NCBI GenBank assembly: GCA_031459625.1
Contig: JAVKIH010000004.1
Coordinates: 1 to 10,489, forward strand
DNA length: 10,489 nucleotides
Origin: Candidatus Geohabitans tengchongensis
GTDB lineage: Bacteria; Sysuimicrobiota; Sysuimicrobiia; Sysuimicrobiales; Humicultoraceae
Direction of reading: 5' to 3'
The notes under the pieces were generated by a model, which saw only the letters and a program-made list of their open reading frames with translations, had not been told where the DNA came from and did not search any database. This document shows, in pieces, positions 7,725 through 10,489 of the stretch; positions within the stretch are counted from its first letter, which is position 1; every line of letters starts with the position of its first letter. The translations under genes and the position numbers were made by a program.

Positions 7725-8218
7725 CCACGCTCAGGCGGGCCGCCTTCGCGCTGGCGGTGGCGCTGCTGCTGGTCCCACTGCCGGCGCTGAGCCAGCCGCC
7801 CACCCCCAACCCGCGCGCCGAGCGCATCATCGAGGCCCTGCTCATCTGGCGGCTGGTCGACGAGCTGGACCTGACGGAGGCGCAAATCGCCCGCATCTTC
7901 CCGCGCATCAAGACCCTCAAGGAGATCCGCCTCCAGCTGGGCCGACAGGCGCTGATCCTGCGCGAGGAGCTGCGGGCGCTGCTGCGGCAGCGGCCGCGCG
8001 ACGAGGCGGCCATCCGGGCCAAGGTGGCCGAGCTGGACGCGCTGCGCCGGGAGATCGAGACCCGGCGGGAGCGGGTGCTGCGGGAGATCCGTGCGGCGCT
8101 CACGGTGGAGCAGCAGGCGCGCTTCGTGCTGATCCAGGAGCGGTTCGAGGCGGAGACGCTGCGCCTGCTGGAGGAGGTCCGTCGGCTGGTCGAGCAGGGC
8201 GGCGGCGGGCGGCAGTAG
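7721..8218 (+). CDS. Secreted Spy/CpxP/ZraP-like helical protein (LTxxQ motifs), 165 aa
   Basis: GTGA overlap with the anti-sigma stop. Signal peptide MTTLRRAAFALAVALLLVPLPALS-Q. LDLTEAQ and LTVEQQARF motifs flank a coiled coil with 'ELRALL....DEAAIRAKVAELDALR'. Confidence 0.8.
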   Translation: MTTLRRAAFALAVALLLVPLPALSQPPTPNPRAERIIEALLIWRLVDELDLTEAQIARIFPRIKTLKEIRLQLGRQALILREELRALLRQRPRDEAAIRAKVAELDALRREIETRRERVLREIRAALTVEQQARFVLIQERFEAETLRLLEEVRRLVEQGGGGRQ

Positions 8219-8236
8219 CTCGCGCGTTGCGATCCG

Positions 8237-8267
8237 GCGGGCCGACCCGCGGCGGTCGCTTGCCCGC
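8237..8267. terminator. GC-rich hairpin between convergent genes (possible terminator or stabiliser)
   Basis: GCGGGC-CGACC / GGTCG-ctt-GCCCGC bulged stem, with a second small stem GGGGGC/GCCCCC near 8295-8313. No U-tract on either strand. Confidence 0.3.
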
Positions 8268-8316
8268 GCCGCCTGATGCTCCTCCTCAAGGGGCGGGGGC
8301 CGCCGGAGCCCCCTCC

Positions 8317-8517
8317 TCACCGGGCCGGGGCCGCCGGACCCTCCTCTTCCACCAGGTACTCGCTCTTCCGGTAGGTGGCCCGCACCCCACAGTGCGGGCA
8401 GGTGTGGTAGTTGGCCGCCAGCGTCCCCTGCTCGAAGGACCGGCGGTCCATGCGCCGGCCGGTGAAGTAGGTGCGGCCGCAGGCCTTGCAGACGACGGAA
8501 AGCCGCAGCTTGCCCAC
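8317..8517 (-). CDS. Small zinc-ribbon protein (66 aa)
   Basis: GTG at 8517 overlaps the TAG of the upstream gene (TAGTG). MGKLRLSVVCKACGRTYFTGRRMDRRSFEQGTLAANYHTCPHCGVRATYRKSEYL contains two CxxCG knuckles. Confidence 0.8.
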   Translation of the reverse strand: MGKLRLSVVCKACGRTYFTGRRMDRRSFEQGTLAANYHTCPHCGVRATYRKSEYLVEEEGPAAPAR

Positions 8518-8957
8518 TAGTCGCCCGGCCCGGGGCCCTCGCGCCCCTTCGGAGGCGAAGCGACGCGTCCCTCTGAAGGTGAAGCGACGGCCTCGGGGTG
8601 CGCCTGCAGGAAGCTCTCCACCTCGGCGGCGCGCCACAGCCGCCGGTCGCCGTTGGCGAAGAGCGGGGCGGGGAATGCGGGGTGCGCCGCCACCGTTTCC
8701 AAGAAGGTGCGGGGGTGGAGGCCGAGCCGCTCCGCCACCTCGACCGGGCTCACGACCTCCTCGCCCGCAGCCACCAGGCGCGCCACGGCGGCGACGAACG
8801 AATCGCCGGCGGACGGCCGCCTGAGGAGGAAGTCGATCGCCGAGATGCCCCGCGGGTGGGCCTGCTTGATCAGGTTGCTGTAGTGGCGCAGCTCGTCGGG
8901 GTATCCTCTCAGATGGCGGAGGACCAGGGTGTCGCGGACCAGTGGGTCGTCCATCAC
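8517..8957 (-). CDS. Hypothetical protein with C-terminal AlpA/excisionase-like HTH domain
   Basis: VSPVEVAERLGLHPRTF....AHPAFPAPL....RRLWRAAEVESFL matches the AlpA-type 'EVA..LG.....FP.P.....R.W...EV' pattern. It is preceded by an unrecognised ~65-aa helical domain. Start is GTG 8957 or ATG 8954. Confidence 0.75.
   Translation of the reverse strand: MMDDPLVRDTLVLRHLRGYPDELRHYSNLIKQAHPRGISAIDFLLRRPSAGDSFVAAVARLVAAGEEVVSPVEVAERLGLHPRTFLETVAAHPAFPAPLFANGDRRLWRAAEVESFLQAHPEAVASPSEGRVASPPKGREGPGPGD
8542..8589. repeat. Imperfect 24-bp tandem duplication (2 copies)
   Basis: cgccccttcggaggcgaagcgacg / cgtccctctgaaggtgaagcgacg, 19/24 identical; encodes VASPSEGR-VASPPKGR in the tail of the AlpA-like protein. 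Confidence 0.7.
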
Positions 8958-8995
8958 AGTACGAGGATGATCATCGCCCCATCGAGGAGCATAGC

Positions 8996-9748
8996 ATGCC
9001 CTTCCTGACCGACCGGGACGCCGAGGTGATCCGCCGACGCTTCGCCGCCGACCTGGAGGCGCCGGTGCGCCTGCTGCTCTTCCTGCCCACCCTGGGCGGG
9101 CTCGCCCTCGCCGGGCAGGACTCGGAGATCCCCGAGTACACCCGCCGCCTGGTGCACGAGGTGGCCGCGCTCTCGGACCGGCTCCGGGTCGAGGAGGCCA
9201 GCCTGGTCTCCCAGGGCGACCTGGCCGCCCGCTACGGGGTGGCCTACGCGCCGACGCTGGTCTTCCTGCGGGAGACCGACGGCGGCCCGCCCCAGGACCT
9301 GGGGCTGCGCTACGTGGGGCTGCCCGGCGGGTACGAGCTGGTGACGCTGCTGGAGATGGTCATCGGCGTCTCCCGCGGCCGCCCCGACCTAGCCCCTGAG
9401 ACGGTGGCGCGGCTGGAGGGGCTCGGCCGCGACGTGCACCTGCAGGTCTTCGTCACCCCCACCTGACCACACTGTCCCCGCGCGGCCAGGCTGGCCGCGC
9501 ACCTGGCCATCGCCTCCCCGCGCGTGCGCACGGACGTCGTGGAGGTCTCCGAGTTCCCGGACCTGGCGCAGCGGTACAACGTCTATGCCGTGCCGAAGAC
9601 GGTGGTGAACGACGCCTACGAGATCGTGGGGGCCCTGCCCGAGCGGCAGTTCGTGGAGGCGGTGCTGCGTGGGGCGGAAGGTCAGGAGGCCGAGGGGGAG
9701 GGGTCGGACACCGCGGGGGAGACCACCCCGATCGAGTCCGACGGCTGA
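8996..9748 (+). CDS. Selenocysteine-containing protein disulfide oxidoreductase (PDO / AhpF N-terminal-domain-like, two thioredoxin folds), 250 aa, Sec157
   Basis: SD GAGGAG (8984-8989) precedes ATG 8996. ORFs 8942..9466 and 9524..9748 are in the same frame, separated only by TGA 9464-9466. Read-through gives VFVTPT-U-PHCPRAARLA...EVSEFPDLAQRYNVYAVPKTVVN, where the family normally has VFVTPTCPYCP. The family motif RY.G.P.GYE is also present. Confidence 0.9.
9480..9500 (+). promoter_or_regulatory. Putative bacterial SECIS element
   Basis: Perfect stem GCGCGGCCA/TGGCCGCGC with a G-containing apical loop (GGC, or AGGCT if the closing A-U is open). The stem starts 13 nt after the UGA and the loop is ~22 nt from it, which fits general bacterial SECIS geometry. 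Confidence 0.75.
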
Positions 9749-10059
9749 AGCGCGTCGACCTCTCCGACCTGCCGAAATGGGTCAGTCTCCGCTGCCCGCA
9801 TCGCCTTCAGGCGTCGGGCCAGGGCCACGCCCAGCGGCGTGAGGCAGTACGTCCCGCTCCCGGCCTCGTACTGGAAGAGCCCGTGCAACCGTCCGTGCCA
9901 GCACCCCCGCCGCACCTGCAGCTCGTTGAGGCCGGTGAGGGCGCCCAGCGCATCCCCCGGGACCCCGCGGCGGAACCAGGCTTGGCGGTCGAGGAGGGCG
10001 AGGGCGATCTGCTCGGCCCAGTCGTTGATGGTGTGGTAGGGCGTCTTCGGTACGGCCAT
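9682..10059 (-). CDS. Hypothetical protein, winged-helix-like (125 aa)
   Basis: ATG 10059 follows GGAGG. The pattern 'LGALTGLNELQVRRGC.....HGLF......YCLTPLGVALARRL' resembles wHTH recognition helix, wing and 'LT..G' motifs. The 3' end overlaps the selenoprotein 3' end by 67 nt. Confidence 0.65.
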   Translation of the reverse strand: MAVPKTPYHTINDWAEQIALALLDRQAWFRRGVPGDALGALTGLNELQVRRGCWHGRLHGLFQYEAGSGTYCLTPLGVALARRLKAMRAAETDPFRQVGEVDALQPSDSIGVVSPAVSDPSPSAS

Positions 10060-10099
10060 GAGCCTCCAGAATGGCCCGGAACGTGTTCGGACAGACACT

Positions 10100-10129
10100 A
10101 GAGACGTGCCCACGACCTCCCGAGATTAG
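10100..10129 (-). promoter_or_regulatory. Second putative ECF-type promoter CTAATC-N17-CGTCTCT
   Basis: Minus strand reads CTAATC tcgggaggtcgtgggca CGTCTCT, about 40 nt upstream of ATG 10059. It has the same spacing and -10 as the motif at 6460-6489. Confidence 0.45.
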
Positions 10130-10228
10130 ACTGCAATCCGGCCAGATCGGGACATTTCGCAGCTCCTGCGCCTTTCGGAGCTCCCGCCGCTGGCCGGCCG
10201 TGCTCCGGCTCCGGTTCCCCGGACCGCG

Positions 10229-10489
10229 TCACCGACCGCCGGCGCCCCCGCGCCACCGCCAGTAGCAGGCGATCGTCCCCGCGCGCAGGTAGGGGTGGGC
10301 GTCCCCGAAGCGGCCCGCGGCGATGAAGGCTTCGACGTCGGCAGGCGGCGCCAGGCGGACCTCGGCGATTTCGCCGGCATCCTCGGGGCGCAGCTCGCCG
10401 CCTGCGGCGAGGGCGGCAAAGACCGTGGTGGTGGACTCGACCACGCCCGCCTGCGGGGCCACGCGCCCTGTCTGGATCACGCCCAGGGG
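10229..10489 (-). CDS. C-terminal part of a probable Nudix-fold hydrolase (starts beyond the right edge)
   Basis: Frame open to the window end: PLGVIQTGRVAPQAGVVESTTTVFAALAAGGELRPEDAGEIAEVRLAPPADVEAFIAAGRF. The 'VF.A....GEL....EI.EVR' pattern is typical of post-Nudix-box strands, but the Nudix box itself is not in the window. Confidence 0.55.
   Translation of the reverse strand, partial: PLGVIQTGRVAPQAGVVESTTTVFAALAAGGELRPEDAGEIAEVRLAPPADVEAFIAAGRFGDAHPYLRAGTIACYWRWRGGAGGR

Noticed and set aside
1277..8320. Long minus-strand ORFs (410, 370, 475, 846, 217, 226 aa)
   Set aside because: Antisense shadows typical of high-GC coding DNA, with no recognisable motifs and full overlap with well-supported plus-strand genes.
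8542..8589. CRISPR-like or att-site repeat
   Set aside because: Only two adjacent degenerate copies with no spacer, in frame within a protein tail; a simple tandem duplication.
8517..8957. Prophage or ICE excisionase marking an integrated element
   Set aside because: No integrase, tRNA, att repeat or compositional shift nearby.
8942..9748. Two separate genes or a nonsense pseudogene (8942..9466 and 9524..9748)
   Set aside because: Same frame, TGA at the catalytic Cys position and a SECIS-like hairpin make Sec read-through the better explanation, though selABCD cannot be seen here.
10079..10088. Canonical LexA SOS box
   Set aside because: Half-site spacing is 2 nt, not the GAAC-N4-GTTC of Gram-positive-type LexA boxes.

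Overview
High-GC bacterial chromosomal window with four blocks. (1) 1-~950 is a lower-GC accessory patch: the left end and N-terminal part of an IS256-like transposase (minus strand, running off the window), a probable glycosyltransferase remnant cut by the IS, and a small orphan ORF. (2) An FMN-riboswitch-led riboflavin operon, ribD-ribE-ribBA-ribH, with a YtcJ-like amidohydrolase coupled directly to ribH. The aptamer carries an extra 13-nt hairpin inside the L2 T-loop. (3) An ECF sigma / zinc-finger anti-sigma / Spy-CpxP-like periplasmic protein triad with a probable autoregulatory promoter, CTAAAC-N17-CGTCTCT; a near-identical motif recurs at 10100-10129 ahead of a small winged-helix-like gene. 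(4) A cluster of small genes: a coupled AlpA-like HTH and zinc-ribbon pair, divergent from a hidden selenoprotein. Two ORF-track fragments are really one 250-aa PDO/AhpF-NTD-type thioredoxin-fold protein with an in-frame TGA in a U-P-H-C motif and a SECIS-like hairpin just downstream. The window ends in a partial Nudix-like gene. All family calls are from motif recognition by eye; no database searches were run.
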